From the NCBI RefSeq assembly GCF_009914755.1, contig NC_060925.1: DNA of 64,000 bases; one strand, given 5' to 3'. The stretch is from the human T2T-CHM13v2.0 reference genome, Homo sapiens. The notes below the pieces were generated by a model. The model did not search any database. It was given only the letters and a program-made list of their open reading frames with translations, and was not told where the DNA came from. Below, in pieces: positions 27,014-43,790 of the stretch (position 1 is its first letter; each line of letters starts with the position of its first letter). The position numbers and the translations under genes were made by a program.

Positions 27014-29909
27014 AATTTCTCTCTTTTGATCAAGATCTTTTTCCAAAAGCATCGCTGATCAATCATCCTGTAGTTAGGTTTTGATGTCCCTCAATGCCAG
27101 GATGCACCTGTCCTGGGTTGCTGATTTGTTTCTGTGTTGGAGGGAGTGGCTGGTGATTAGGAATCATAGCAAAACACTTTCAGCCACATTTGAGCAACAA
27201 AGGGAGGGTTTAAGGGAGTGGCTCTCAGGCTAAGTCTACCTGAAGTCCATTGTTAAGTTCAGTTGTGTCTGTTCCGTAGGCTTTTGCTATCATCTCAAAG
27301 TGCAGGACCAGCATTATTCTGTTAGGAGTTGTATTTGTGCAGAACTTTAACAAGTAATAGATGCAAATTTGAAAAAGGGAAAATGCAAAGCAAAATTAAT
27401 ATTACTATGGTAACCCCAGTTTGTGTAATGGTTTTGAGTTATGAATCTAAACTTAAAAGCAACCAACTGAATAAATAAAATGACCGTGGGGAATTAGGTG
27501 AGACCTGTTGTAACCATGTGAGTTGTTTTGTTATTTTGTGTGTATAAGTGTCTCAACTTCCTCAGAGGAATTTATCTAGGCACAGCAGGTAGTACTGGCG
27601 ATAGCACAGACATTTCCTTATTTAACCATTAGATACTAAAGGATCTCTTTGGTCAGGTTCTGTCAAGTTGTTAGCAGAAGCTACTGATTCACAAGTTTTA
27701 AGCATGCTACTGTTCTGCCAAGTGAAAAAGATAGCATTAAGAGGAGTAAGAGTCTCATGTTATGGAGGTTTGTTCCAACATCTTGGGAAATGCTACCTAC
27801 AGAGTAAAACTGTCAACTTCCTGTCCTGGTTTGTAGTTTGAATGTGTCTGATTTGGGGACTGGGCAGCTTAGTGAACTTTCCTTGTGACTCATACCTCAG
27901 GCAGTGAGACTGGTTTCTTAAAATTCATCTAGTTTTAGCTTATAGGGCTTCAGGAAGAGAACAACTCCCATTTTTAGTAATTCTATAGAAGAAAGTTGGA
28001 TTGGAGGGAACTAGAAAAATCCAAGATCTAGTCTAGTCTGTAGGTAGATAACAAGAACTTGAAACAATGCAAAAAGCTACAATCTAATAGCAGGTGTATC
28101 ATAGCTATTCTTTAGAAACATACCATTTTCTCTCTACATTGATCACATAGAAATCTTAGATCTAAAAGTCTCTTGAGGCTAGAAAGCCAAACCAAAGCAG
28201 TCTTAAGTTTCTTGGGCCTGCCAGGAAGTGACAGTTTCTATTCATTCGCTGTAAGGCTGGGAACCCTTGAAGCCAGGCATTCTTTGCACATTCTCAAATA
28301 TGACATTCCAGTCAAAACCTAGGTAATATAACCAATATTTCTAGTTGTATCCTGTTATAAAGAGAGAGAAGATTTTCATTGAAAATATATAAACAATTAT
28401 ATTGTCATAAAAAATAAGACTACTCAAGAATAATGCTTAAATTTTGAAGGGACCAAGCAGGGTAAAAAGGCAAATACTTCCACCTTTCTTCACAAAAATA
28501 TACTTTACCAAATTGCTGTAAACTGTAGATAGCATAAGAGTGAATATTTTCTTAATTCTGAAAACATGTCTGTAAAGAACAAATGTTGTTTCAAATAAAA
28601 GTTATCAAAACATTATCTTTATCAGTTACTTAAGCTCATGTGATTAATTTTTACTTTGTCTTATCTTTATTAAGTTTTATAAACCGATCAGTTATAGTGA
28701 GGAATTTTTTTAATCCTGGAAAATTTTCATTTTATTTATTGACCTTAAAGTTATTAGAAACCTGCATTTAAAGTATTTGTTGGAGTTTTTTCCATGAATC
28801 TGATTACGAATGCTTTTAAAGGAAAATCAACACAGTAATGATAGATGACAGACTTTGAATAACCATGGTTAAAATTATGAAGAAAGTTTATCATAACCAG
28901 AAATTGTAGTTACTTTAGTGGCATACAACATAATAATCAGAATTATGACTGATGACATATTAGATTTCGAAGAGTTTACACAATTTTAGAACATTGATAT
29001 CAATCACATACCCATAAACGTAACTGATAGATCTTGTATCACTCATCATTTGGCAATGCCTCCCATACAATTTACCAAAAAAGTGTAATCATATAACGTC
29101 TCTGCAAGATGAAAACCACATTCTTTGAGACTCTCCAGAGGTCCAATTGGAAAACCCCAAAGTTAATTTTAGACCAAAAACTTAATTTAGGATTTTGATC
29201 CTAGGGAAATCTGCCAAAGATGTAAAAACTTTCACATTCAAAATACTTGATCAAAACAAAATCACAGGTCATTGTTAAATATCAGTTATTCATTTAACCA
29301 GAGTGATATTCAAAGAAGTCAAACGCAATACAGAAAGTTACATGGGTATGAAAACCTTAACCATCTTAAAGCAGAGTATTCTCAAGTAAACTAAAACCTA
29401 ATAAAGACAATGCAGAAATTATCTTGATAAAACGTAAACTCTGATTTTTCAGGCCACTTACCAAAAAGATAAAAACTTCATGCAGCCTGACTGCTTCTCC
29501 TTATTGGAAGCATACTTAGGTATCCTGGAAGTTGAACTTGATGAATTTAATCAGACACAGGAAGAGTGTTTACAAGGTTCTGAATGTACGCCATATCCTA
29601 GAGGAAGGCAAACAAGAAAACCAGTACATTGATCAGGGGAATACATGGCTCTTAGAGAAAGTAAAAGTGTGTGAAATACCTGGTTACATAGAACAATTCA
29701 GGCATATCAAGAAAAGTCAAGAGTACAGAATCTAATTATACTGGAAGAAAACTCTGCTTTTCTAGGCCTTTAATATAACATCAGAGTTAAAATCAGAGAA
29801 AACAGTTACAAGAGCTGATGCAAATTTTGAAGGAGAGCATTGTCATCCCAGACAAGCAAAAAGATACGCATTTTCAAAAAGAAAGAGATGAGAGAGAGCT
29901 GAAGGCAAT
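27014..29909 (-). mobile_element. Non-autonomous ERV1 internal sequence (MER4-group-int-like), 5' part missing
   Basis: Adjoins the LTR through the PPT. Motifs such as gaagccaggcattctttgcacattctcaaatatgacattccagtcaaa..ggtaatataaccaat. No long ORFs. Confidence 0.7.
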
Positions 29910-29914
29910 CTTGT

Positions 29915-30128
29915 CAACAACAAAAACAGCAATACCTGACTCATTCACTATTAACTGTGCATCCAACACTCTTGTAAGCTCTTTATATATTCAACTTATT
30001 TCATTCTCACAATAATAATATGGTTCCCATTTTACAGATGGAACTGAGGCACAGAAAGATTAAGTAACTGGACCATAACTGAAGCCAGACAGTCTCATGC
30101 TAGAGCCCATAATTCTAACTGCTATGCC
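29915..30128 (-). mobile_element. MIR
   Basis: cccattttacagatggaactgaggcacagaaagattaagtaact core. Confidence 0.85.
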
Positions 30129-33100
30129 AGCGGAAAACTTTATTTATTTATTTATTTATTTATTATTTGTTTTCTTTTAATTTCAGGAGAATTACTGTTG
30201 GAAGTTAGTATTTGTCCTGTCTCTGATTCCTAATCTGGTGTAAAAGATCTAAGCAAGATCTAAGCAAGACTACTAAATCTAACAATTTTTAATATTTTAA
30301 TATGAGCCTTGTATCATTGACTGAATTGATTTCACCATGTAAAGCAGCCACGTTACAAAAACCCAATTTTCAAACACATCATTATTGTCCGAATAGATAC
30401 AACTTGATCTAGTCAAATATAGCATAATTAAATCTCAGTGGTAATGGATATTTTAAACACTTCAATTTAAAATAAACATTTTATTTTGCTAAATTTCATG
30501 ACTAGGCTAAAGTCATGTTATATTTCGATGTGTTGAAAAGAATCATAGCATATTTGAAAAGGTGCTAAAGCTGGCATTTTAGTTTTGGTTTTATGCTTTG
30601 AATTTTTTTCATCTTTCAAATAAGGAAGAAGAACTAGATTGTTTCTAATTTTGCTTCTAGCTCTTACATTCATAAATAGAAAACTGATAAAATTTCTCAA
30701 AAACATATTTCTTACAGTTCAAATCTATATGTACTTAAACACGGTTATATTAAAAAGCCCCAAAGCATCTGAATTTATACACTAAAACATTTTCATATAT
30801 ATTATATATGTGTGTATACAAACACACACACATCAATACATACACACATACACACATAAACACATACACACATACCATTTTAGAACATGTATTAAAATAT
30901 TACTTAAGCAAATAGCCTTTTCTCTCTCAGACAAATAACTACAGGCTAAATTTTCACAGACAAATTTGGAGTACGTCTGTTAAGTACATTGTTTCATTGG
31001 CATTCTAAAAACTAATATAAGACATTGGTATGGTTTTAAGTGTCAATTATGGTTTCTCTCTTTGAGTCAAATCAATGTGAAATAGAAAGTAAGTTTAACT
31101 ACTTGACATAGAGCACAAAAACACCGACATTAATTTTTCTTTTTCTCCTATATAGTTCTAGTAAAAGCAGTTACTTATCAGGTATTCACTTTGACCCAAG
31201 AGCTTTGGCCACACATCGGCTCTCAGCACACAAAACAGCTCTCAGCAAAGCTAAAACAGACACAGCAGACAAAATAATGTCAGAAATTCTAGCTTTTCTC
31301 TGATATGGATTTGATATTTTATAATACGCATTGAGGGTAATGAGTTAAACTTTCAGTACATAGAATAGCACTCAGGTTGTCTAGAAAGTCACACTAAAAC
31401 TTGGAAACAGCCTTATGAAATAGAGAACTATGTATTTGGAATTAATGTCTTGCATAATCATCCTGGTTGTATCTGTGACCTGTGGGTATTTTATCTAATC
31501 TTTGGCTTCTTTATCTATAAAGAGAGGATGAAGATGATACTTACCAAACAGGGTTGTTACTATAAATTCTCTACTAAGCTAAAAATATATGGTTTTCTTA
31601 GTAAATGAGTACAGTAAATGAATTCAGATTCTCTCCTAAGCACTAAATCTGTACGTCAGCTGTCCAACGATGAAACCAAAAATACTGTTAGTTGAGCACT
31701 TATGATGTGTCAAGATTTTTAAAAATGAAAAGACTATCTACATTATTGGTAGAATAAGTTGTCATGGAAAAGTCTTCTGCTTAAATATATAGACTACTTG
31801 ATGAAATGTGGAAATGTAAAGATGCATAACTTAAAATAGAAAAGATGAAAAGCCTCAGATAACAGAAGAGAAGTAATGAAATGCCATTTCAGTAAGAGCA
31901 TGGATTGATTGCGTGAGAATTTGGGGAAGCCTTACACCACATATAATCCCTAAATATTAGGGTTTGTGATTCTAACAAACAGCAGGAAGCAAGAGATGAG
32001 GCCTTGGCTCACAACAAGGTAAGGATCTAAAAGTTAGATATTTGTGCTAAGGTGACACCCTGGAAGAGCTCATCCCCGCACTAAAATGAAAAAAATTAAA
32101 GCTCCTATCTCACCCTGGATTTGACATGGTTTGGGAGCTCATACTGACACTATTTATATGGAATAGAAATTTCAAAGTTTGAAGTATAAAAGTTGGCCCA
32201 AGACCAGTAAAATTCTGGTATTCTAACTATGGAATTCCAAGAAAAAGCAAAACTTTGCATTAAGGAAAGTTTTACAACCCAGGACACATGGGATTCCCCC
32301 AGGGATGGAAAATACAAACCAACAAACAAACAAAACAAACAAGCAAATAAAAACCTCCATAGAAAATGACCATGGGGGAAAAAAAACTGATAAGCCACTA
32401 CCAACTAAAGAAATAATTCATCAAGAGGGAAAGTTAGAAGAAAATAGAAACAAAAGAATTAGCAGCTCAAGAAATTGACATTAAGTCTGCAATAACCAAA
32501 CATTCCTGTTTAACAACAAAACAACAGTAGCTAACATTAATCTTGTGCTTACTATGAGTCATGCACTGTTCTACCTGCTTTATATGCATTGTTATTGTAT
32601 TTTTACAATTACATGTACAACACGAAGACAACTTAAAAGACAGGTCATCTATAAAGACAATATTTAAATGAATAGCAACAATAGTAAAAGTCTTACAGAC
32701 TGAAAAATATTGGAATATCTTCTTTAAAATGCTACAGAAAAATAACTTATCAATCTAAAATTCTATAATCAAATCAATTATAAACTAAGAGTGAAGAAAC
32801 AAGCGTATTTTAGACAAAGCCTAAAAGAGTTTGCCATACATAAACCCTGTTTCCAATAGCCACTAAGGTCTATATTTTAATAAGGAGAAATTCAAATCCA
32901 GAAGAAAAGAATGTTACGTAAAGAATAATGATAAGCCTAGTAATTGGTATTGGCAAATCTAATAAGCATTGAATATATAAAATCATAATGATGACGATGA
33001 CTAATTTGCAGATATAAAGTCACGTTGGGACTAAAATACTGGACATCACCATGTAAGATGAGAGGCGAATGTAAATGTTCTAAAATCTTCATAGTTTTCT

Positions 33101-33635
33101 GGAGGAAGTTTAATGGATTAAGGATAAATTTTATTAAGTCAAGTATTTAACAAAGGAGTAAACATGAAAATGCATAAACCTCCAATCAATAGAGGAGAAG
33201 AAAATAAAATGGTTATGAACACATTAGAAAGTAAGAAGGGAGTAAAAAAAGCTAAAAGTATTGTAAAAAGAAAACATGAATAAGATGTTAAATATAAGTC
33301 AAAATAATCAGGAATGACAATAAAAATAAACATAACTAATTTAGTCATTGAAAAACAGACCACTACACAATCTATGCATGTAACGAAATTGTACTTGTAG
33401 CCTATAAATTTATATACATAATTTTTAAGAAAGTTTCAGATCATATCTGAATATTAAAGTCCAGCTATTTAATAAGACATTCACCACTATTTCAGACACA
33501 CATTGAACATATAAAGATAGACAATTTTTAAAAAAGGGATAGAATATTGTATGCCAGCCAAATACTAACTAAAAGATGCTGTGGTTCCATTAATATCAGC
33601 TCAAACTGACCAAATAGCAAAAATATTATTTGGGA

Positions 33636-34086
33636 TGGCAAAGGCAAAATTACAACAAATTTAGTTATAGATCTAATTGGCTTTTATTTGTGATTCATGA
33701 CTCAGGGGCAGCCTCCATTCTATAAAATAGAATGAGTGCTCCACTGAACAATGTCAGAACAACGAGTTTTGTGAAGTGGGAGCAAGGAAACAGAACAATA
33801 GGTAAAAAACAGATTGGTTAACATCAGGGTGCTTCAGGTTACTTTTCTGTAGGAATTAAGGCAGAGGAGACTTTCTTATTACCCTGACTCAAGTAGACTA
33901 GAATCTCCTATTTTCAGGAAAAAAAAAAAAAAAAAAAAAAAAAAACTGGTCTGTTTGGTAATCTGTTTGCTTCCTTAAAACTTCAATTGATTCTGTGGCA
34001 TTAACATGAGTGACTCCATTGTTTGGTCTGGTCTGCTGGGGCTAGGCCAGGGCATCTGTCCAAAGCAAGAACCTCCTTTAATTTCA
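33636..34086 (-). mobile_element. ERV1-type solo LTR (subfamily not assigned) with an internal A27 run
   Basis: TG...CA bounded block of different composition interrupting the L1ME. catgagtgactccattgtttggtctgg motif of MER4-group LTRs. Confidence 0.6.
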
Positions 34087-34381
34087 TATAATAGGACAAA
34101 CAAGTATAGCACTCATCATGAAGAAACTATAATTCTAAATACACACACACTGAGTAACAAATCCCTCAAATACATAAAGCAAAATTGACAAGATTACAAA
34201 AATAATCACAAGTAACCACGATTATAGAAAATTTTTAATTGATGGATTGTGCAAACATTAGTGAGAAAATGGAATATTTAAACTACATAATTATTAAATA
34301 AAACATTGAACTCATCAATTAGAGAATCCGTTTTCTTCTCAAGCACATGGCACGTATAGAACATGCTCAAAATTTGATCAC

Positions 34382-34813
34382 TGTCGTAGTTCATTTTGCT
34401 TAGCTATAAAGGAATATCTGAGCCTCTGGGTAACATATAAAGAAAAGAGGTTCATTTGGCTCAAAATTCTGCAGGCTGTATACAAGAAGCATGCCACCAG
34501 CATCTGCTTCTGATTCAGCTCATGGCAAAGGGCAAAGGGGAGCTGGCTTGTGCAGAGACCACATGGCAAGAGAGTAAGCAAGAGAGCATAAGGTGCCACA
34601 TTCTTTTCAACAACCAGCTCTCTCAGGAATGTATAGAACCAGAACTCACCCCTCTCGAACCCCTCATCCCAACCCCCTACCCCCCAGGCCATTAATCGAT
34701 TCATGAGGGATCCACCTCCATGACCCAAATACCTCCAATTAGGCCCCACCTCCAGCGTTAAGGGTCAAATTTCAGTAGGTGATTTGGAGGAAATAAACTT
34801 CCACACTGCAGCA
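34382..34813 (-). mobile_element. MSTB-like solo LTR (MaLR)
   Basis: gctataaaggaatatctgag..ctgggtaac..ataaagaaaagagg..ttctgcaggctgtatacaagaagcatgccaccagcatctgcttc...cattcatgagggatccacc-like motif. Confidence 0.85.
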
Positions 34814-35148
34814 ATTATCTACTAAACTACAAAGAAAATCTCAACAAAGTAAAATACAAATTACAAATTCAATAATCCATAAAACATTCTTACACTCAAT
34901 AACACTCCCTAATCACTACATGATTTAAAAAAGAACTATAATTCCAAATATCATATTGGAACATCTCAATGAAGAAATATGAATGCAAACTGCACAATGT
35001 TAAGAATATGACAATAAAGACACTAAAAATACAAACTTTTGAGATGTCGCAGAGAAATCAATGGCATTAAAATGTAAAAAGATTAAAAAGTAATAAGTTA
35101 AAAATTATGTAAGAACAAAGTAAATCAAAAAATCAAAATAGTGAGAGA

Positions 35149-36358
<1,210 letters not shown>

Positions 36359-38611
36359 GTTAAAGCTAAATCTAGAAATACCAATGAAATGTGGAAGTTT
36401 ATTTAAAAGCTAGGGTTGGGGAAAGAGGGAAAAGTGAGAGACAATTATTAATATTTAAAATGAAAGAATCCAGAAATACAAATCTGATACACAGTATAAA
36501 ATATTAATACTATAAAAACAAATAACAGCAAAAAGCCTCCTTTCTAGAAAGTTCCTTCCCCAAATACCTACATTGCTTTTTCTTTGCCTACATTTAGTCT
36601 GTATTCAAATATGGAAAAAACAGTAACATATTATTACTGAGTGATATGACAGCGTATAAAACCAGTCAAATCTACAAACCCTTAGAATTAATAACTAATT
36701 GAACTAATAGCTATTTACTAGTCAGAAGTTTCTGGATATAAGTTCAATATCTAAAAATCAATAATAATTCCCATCTAATATCAATATCAGTTAGAAAATA
36801 CAAGTTTTAAAGAAATGGTTATATTTACAATATGAAAATAATTTGTAACTAAACATAAATCTTAATGGTCAGAAAGATCATGAACGCATGAAAGAATATT
36901 TTATTATATCTAGCAATCTAACATATTCATCAGTTGTAAACCCATGCTTGCTAAAAGACAAATTTTCCCTAAATTGAATCTGTACATTCAATGCTATTCC
37001 AATCAAAATTTTATCAGGGTTTTTCAGTAATTTTTGAAAAGCTTAATCAAAAATTTGTGTTTTGGTTAACGGATGAACCAGAATAGCCAGGAATATTTTG
37101 AAGTATAATGAAGGGGAACTTGTCCTATCAGATACTAGAACTTACTATATTTATTTTATTATAGACTAATTTGATATAGTGTCACTTGTAACAGTGAAAC
37201 AGAAATGGTTCCACAAGTACAGGGGAAATTGATTTATAACAAATTTTGGAAATTAGTAGAAGAAAGACCAAATAGTTAATATATGGCATTGGGAAAATCA
37301 GCTATCATATGACATAACAATGAATTATTGCTATTTTCTTCTCATTTCCAGGAAAACTCACCCAAAGAAACTTCAATGTTTTTATCATCCAGTATTCCTT
37401 TAACTTGAAGTTTTGTTTGTTTGTTTGTTTGTTTTTTGGGTTTTGTTTTTTTTTTTTTTGCCTGCCAGTATACCAGGCTCTTGATCTTTCCATTTTATTT
37501 GTTTCTTTCTGATCTCAAGCTCTTCCCTAGATTTCTTGGTTGATTACATGAACTACTCTCTCATCAACACCCTCAGATTCTTCAAATTCATGGGGTTTTT
37601 TTGTTTGTTTTTTGTTTTTGTTTTTGTTTTTTTATATTCCTTATGGAAAAATCCCAACCTTGGATCAATTTCACAGTTGGCCTTTTCTGATCCAGAACAC
37701 TGACTGCATGGTAAAAATTACACAGTCATGCACACTGGTGCCATGTAGATTCAAATTCATGGATTTCAGTCTCAGCACTCGATCACTGGTTATATTTAAC
37801 CAGAACTTTGGTTATCTCCTCTATAGGACTTTTTGGACCTTCACTATTTTTTCAGTTTTCTTCAAATCTCCTATTCTAATTACTCTCAGCAAATATCTTT
37901 CCTTCCTTCTTTAACAAAAATTTAAGGCTGTTTGGCCTGAAATACCTCGTCTCCTCTGCTGTCCACTTAGAAACATTTGACATTTTTGCGCATGCACACT
38001 TCTTTCTTCCTACCTGCCTCAGGAGCAGAGGTGGCTCTCATCCTATTCTTGATGTAGCCTTCCTTTTGTAATCTTGATCTGACCCAACTTCATGGCCTTT
38101 GGGACCTTGCTCTATTCTCCTTTCTCTATATCTTCAATAGCTTACTCTGAGTAACTCATTTCCCTCCATGTAAACATCTTCATGTCTCACCCATCAAAAG
38201 CAAATATTTCCCATCGAGGGTCTCCCCTCTAGCCACTGCCCCATTTTACTCCTTCCTCAACCAAGCTCCTTGGAAAAAAAACTGTGACACTCACTGCTCC
38301 CATTTTCTTACCTCCCACTCTTCAATCTCCTAAAACAAGCAAACAACAAACAAAAATGTCTTAACATCCCCAGGAAGTTCATGGATCATTTAGCAGTGCA
38401 TCCCAATGCACTCATCTTTCTAAACTTTTCACTTGTATTTTACTTGTGGTTCATTTGTTCCTTTTTAAAACTCTACATTCATTCTTAGCATTTCAAGAAA
38501 ATTTGTATCTTGAAATATTCTTTTTGTCAAAAGGTCTCTGTGATCAAGTTTAAGAGAAAAAAGCAATAGAACACTTTTTTGCAGATCTTTACATACATGA
38601 TTATATTTAAG

Positions 38612-39760
38612 TGTAAACGCATACTTTTTTACTCCTCTGTCATAAAAATCATGCTCACTACAATATTTCCATTAGTCTAGCTTCAGGGAATGGAAAATGG
38701 AGGGAATATTTTCTCTGGAAGGAGTATTCTATGGATGAAAGGAAATCTGGTCAAATCCTGGGGAAGTGGAAATTTCGCCTCTTTGATTTCAGATAGATAC
38801 TTGGAAGGACAAGAGATCCTGAAGAGGAGGAATTAAGCGACGGGATGTGTGTGGCCTGTTCTTTCATTTCCAGCCTAAAGTAGGGCTGTTTGCTATGTAG
38901 GTGAGGGGAAATTCAGGGGCAGAAAGGCCATTCTGTCATTGGTTTTAGTAGGGAGAACCTCCTGCAAAAGTATTCTGCATAACCAATGGCAACTATATTA
39001 CTGTGTTTAAACAAAGTCAAGTCAGTGGCATCATGTGTTTGGACAGAGGCTAACAAGAGTTACCCGTCCAGTGTCAATTCCAGCTTGCCCTGTGGGTTTA
39101 GCAGGTGGCCAGAAGTTCCAAGTGGCCTTCGAGAGGCACGCAAAGCTGCTGGCTAGCAAGCTTACCCTACGAGTTGCTGTGACTGGGAAAAGTAACTCTG
39201 CAGTTGTAGATTAGGGTTCAGTTAAGGTACATCCAGACCTCAAGTGCTGGTGAGGACTAAGATAGGGTCGAGTTATCAGGGAAGACAACAGGCCCTGGCC
39301 AAACTCAGAAAAAACATCATATGCTCACCAGCTGCCAACTTGGATAGTAAATTTTAGCTGAAAGAGCAGTGACCAAGTAGACAAGAGAGTAATCGCTACA
39401 GAGTCCAAAAGGAACACCCATAGATACAGGGCTCTCTTTCTAAGACAAGAACACAGTAATCTGCTATAGAAATCCAAATGCCATTTGCGGGAAAAGCAGA
39501 AGTTTGCAGAACTGTGAAAAACTGAGCATGTACCTATAAGAATTTAAACTAATTTAAACTAAAAATTATTACCACTAGGTAGTTTGTAAATTTAAAATGA
39601 TCTTTAAAAATAAAAAGCAACTCCCTAACTACCCAGAAAAGTGACGGTGAATTAGAAATATTAGATTTGAAAATATTTTAAAAGTTCGCATTTTACACTT
39701 TACGTGATTGTGCTGAGTGCATTTAAAATGGCACCAAGAAATTCCCCAGATATAATTACA
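38612..39760. mobile_element. Possible ancient LTR (Gypsy-like/ERVL-like), unassigned
   Basis: A ~1.15-kb TG...CA bounded, purine-richer block separating two L2 pieces. The family is not recognised with certainty. Confidence 0.3.
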
Positions 39761-39891
39761 GCAAAACTCTTTCTTTCTTTCTTTGTTTTTAGCACCCATT
39801 AGCATGCAATAGAAGAGATATTCTGAGGAACTTACTTGATTACTCTCTGCTCTACAAATTTATTTTCATGATAATTTGCTTTCACAGTTTC

Positions 39892-40206
39892 TGAATTACT
39901 CAGGTTTCTCCAGAGAAATAGAACCAATAGGACAGAGAGAGCCAAGGGGTGTGTGGAGAATAGATATATGCCTGGCAAGTTCACATCTGATCCGAAATGT
40001 GGGCCAGTAGGCTTGAGACCCGGGAAACCTGATGGTGCAGGTGGAATCTGAAAGCAGTTTGCTCAAGAATTTTCTCTTCCTTGGGAAGGCTGGGTTTTTT
40101 GTCGTATTCAGGCTTTCAGTTGATTGGATGAGACCCACCCACCTTACAGAGAGCAATCTGGTTACCCTAAATTCACTGGTTTAAGTGTTAATATCATCCA
40201 ATAACA
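39892..40206 (-). mobile_element. MLT2C/D LTR fragment
   Basis: caggtttctccagagaaatagaaccaatagg...tgattggatgagacccaccc...gagagcaatctg. Confidence 0.8.
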
Positions 40207-42125
40207 GTTTTGCCCTCATCTTTCTGCCTTTTCATTTGCAACTTCGTCCACAGGTTCCTTTTCCCCTGCTAACTCTCGTTTACTGAGACATCTACTCTTG
40301 GTCCCCTGCTCCTTTCTCTCCACAGTCTTTTCACTATTTCATCTAGTCTCACAATTGTAATTGCCGTTTAGACACTAACAATGTAAATCCATCATACCTA
40401 TGATGTCACCTTTAAGCTTCAGGTGCATATATTTATATTCTAGCAGTACCAATTCATTTGGCATGTCATAAACACAGATTCAACAGCTTCCAAATTAAAC
40501 TCTCCAAATTTCCCTTTTCCCACTCCACTCCTTATTGCTACCTGCTAACATTCCGTCTATGCCTAATTCATCCCCTAGTCCTGCTGACATAATCTCAGCA
40601 TTTTAAAGTTGTAACAACTTAGCTGGGCACACAAAGCTCTGAGTGACCTAAAACCCATTTTTTTCTAACTTCATTTTTTGAAATACTGAAGTCTGTACAC
40701 ATGTTTTGTCTCCATACCTTATTTCAGGGTTACTCTTTGGCCTAGAGCACTATCCCATCTCCTGTTTATTCACCTGGGTAACCTCTTTTCAACTCTGGAT
40801 GTCGTTGCCTGAATCTGCAGACAGAATGACGTGTTTCCCTGTCTTCCTGTGTTCTACTCATTTCCCTCTGCTTGTCTAGCAGAGCACTGACATTAGAAGG
40901 CTCAAAATTCTACTCTCAGGGCTAGAATGACTCTAGCATGTTCCTGCTCCTTGAGAGCAGAAGCATTCTACATCTTTCTAGCCTTAGCACCTATCACAAT
41001 GCCAAGGAGAGAAGGCGGTTACAAAGATTTTTTTTTTAACCTTTGCATTGAATGTACAGGTTAAATTGGCTGACTTTAAAAGGTTTCTGAAGAGCAGTAG
41101 TTCTCAGACGTTAAGACCCTTGAATGTCCTTAAGGTCTTTACAAGTAATGTGAAAAGCCAAAACTATTTTCATAATAATATCAAGACATTGTTTGCTTTA
41201 TTCATTACATTGAAATTTTCACTAATGGTGCAAGAGCAATGGTCAGAAAAATTGCTGGCTTTAAGGCAAGAATCAAGGTGGTGGCCCTGAGCTATACTGT
41301 TAGCCATTGCATTTTACCACACACTTTCATTTTAAAAATAAAATTACATAATAGTCATACTCATAATAATAGAATATCAGTTTCACTTAAGAATGGTTTT
41401 GATGAAAAAATAAAAATTATTAATTTTATTAAATGTCAACCTTTGAATATACTTCTTTTCAATGTATCCTGTGGGAGAAAAATGAGAAAAATGCCAAAAC
41501 ACTTCACTACATAACCAAACGTATTTGTATCAAGAAAAGCACTTATGTGATTGTGTAAATTGCAAGCTGAAATAATCTCTTTTCATAGAGCACCATTTTA
41601 ATTTGAAAGAATGACAAATAGGCAAACTATAGCTATTCATACTTGGATATTTGGCACACATTTTCTCAAAAATGAACAAAGACAGCCTGACATTTCAAGG
41701 ACAACTGACAGTATTGTTGCCAGTAATAAAATTTGAACTTTCAAGTGAAAGAGTTTTGGAAAACTTACATCTGCTTCTGTGAGCTTGACAGCTTCCCAAG
41801 ACAGACTTTCCTGATGAGATCAGTGGCAATATTAATAAATATGATGTTTATTGCATAATGAAATATGTCAACATTGGAAGATCTGTATAAATGAGTAAAC
41901 TAATATTTTTAAATGAACATGCATGACAGTACAAAATTATACATGAATAAAAGATTCATTCAAAATTCAAGAGAAGCCAATGGATTTTGTTGTAACAGAA
42001 TACAGAAAATCCAGTGATATGGTTTGATTGTATATTGCAACTACCTCTTATAAAGTACCACATGTCAAGTTTTAGAGTACTATCAAGGAAGAACATACAA
42101 AATTATCTTAAAATATTCATTCTTT

Positions 42126-42490
<365 letters not shown>

Positions 42491-42828
42491 TTATACACTT
42501 CAACCAAAAAATATACAGCATGGATATAACAGATAAAATAACCTAGCTGTCTTCTATTAAGTTAGACATTAAAGAGATTTACAATAATATAAAGCAGTGC
42601 CCCTCTTTTTAATGAATTTTAAAATTTGAAATATATCATTATTTTTAACAAAAATATACTATTTATGTTAACATGTAACAGGCTTATTAATGTTATTTGA
42701 AATGAATTAACAATTTAAATTTGTTTCCAGTTTTAATTTCTAATATGGTAAATAAAGACAGGTATAACACATATTTTTAAATCTCTTTATGATCCTGAAT
42801 GGTTTTTAAGAGTGTAAAGGGGCCTTGA

Positions 42829-43181
<353 letters not shown>

Positions 43182-43312
43182 TTAAGCTGTGAACAACTGA
43201 CATAGATGTATTTTTAACAATACCACTGATTCCTAAATTGGTTACATTACTTAAATATTTATTTAAAAATATATTTAAAGTAATTTATTCTGTATGTTTT
43301 GATATTCAATTA

Positions 43313-43360
43313 GACCACTGGTTAGAGAGGTGTATGGACCACTGGTTAGAAAGGTGTATG
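43313..43360. repeat. 24-bp tandem duplication (2 copies, 1 mismatch)
   Basis: gaccactggttagagaggtgtatg / gaccactggttagaaaggtgtatg. Confidence 0.9.
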
Positions 43361-43479
43361 CAGACCAATCTTCAAATCCTGGCTCCATGACTTAGATGCA
43401 TTAGGAGTAAGGAAGGAGAGAAAAAATGGATGTCTGTTAGAGGTGATTGAGAGAGCGTATCACTGTTTCCAATTATTGT

Positions 43480-43790
43480 GAGAGGATTTGATTTTGCTTA
43501 TGGGATAATTTGACTTTCCTGCAGTCATGACATCAGGAATGGCCATGAAATTTGCTTTACCCAATGAAATGTGAGTTGAAGTGATATATGCCAATTCATC
43601 ATGAGGTTCTGACGTTTTCTTTTTCCCTCTCCCACAAAGGTCCCCAAGTCTCATACAGGGCTACTCCTTCAACCTGGGTTCCAGAAGGAAGAAGACATGG
43701 AGCAAAACTGTATGGACAATGTAATGTGAACAAGAAATAAAGCATCATTTTTGTAAGACATCATAACCTAGCAAAATTTGATAGATGTAC
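43480..43790 (+). mobile_element. MLT1I/J LTR
   Basis: ggccatgaaatttgctttacccaatgaaatgtgagttgaagtga...caacctgggttccag...gtgaacaagaaataaa. Confidence 0.7.

Larger units (their letters stand above)
37510..41060 (+). mobile_element. Fragmented L2 (pieces ~37510-38500 and ~40210-41060)
   Basis: Pyrimidine-rich L2 motifs (ctctagccactgccccattttactccttcc; tcactgctcccattttcttacctcccactc; cttgagagcag...ttagcacctatcacaatgcc). Confidence 0.6.

Noticed and set aside
30187-30203. 17-nt exon-like signal (tttcag|...|GTTAGT)
   Set aside because: The pyrimidine tract derives from a (TTTA)n repeat and the donor is weak.
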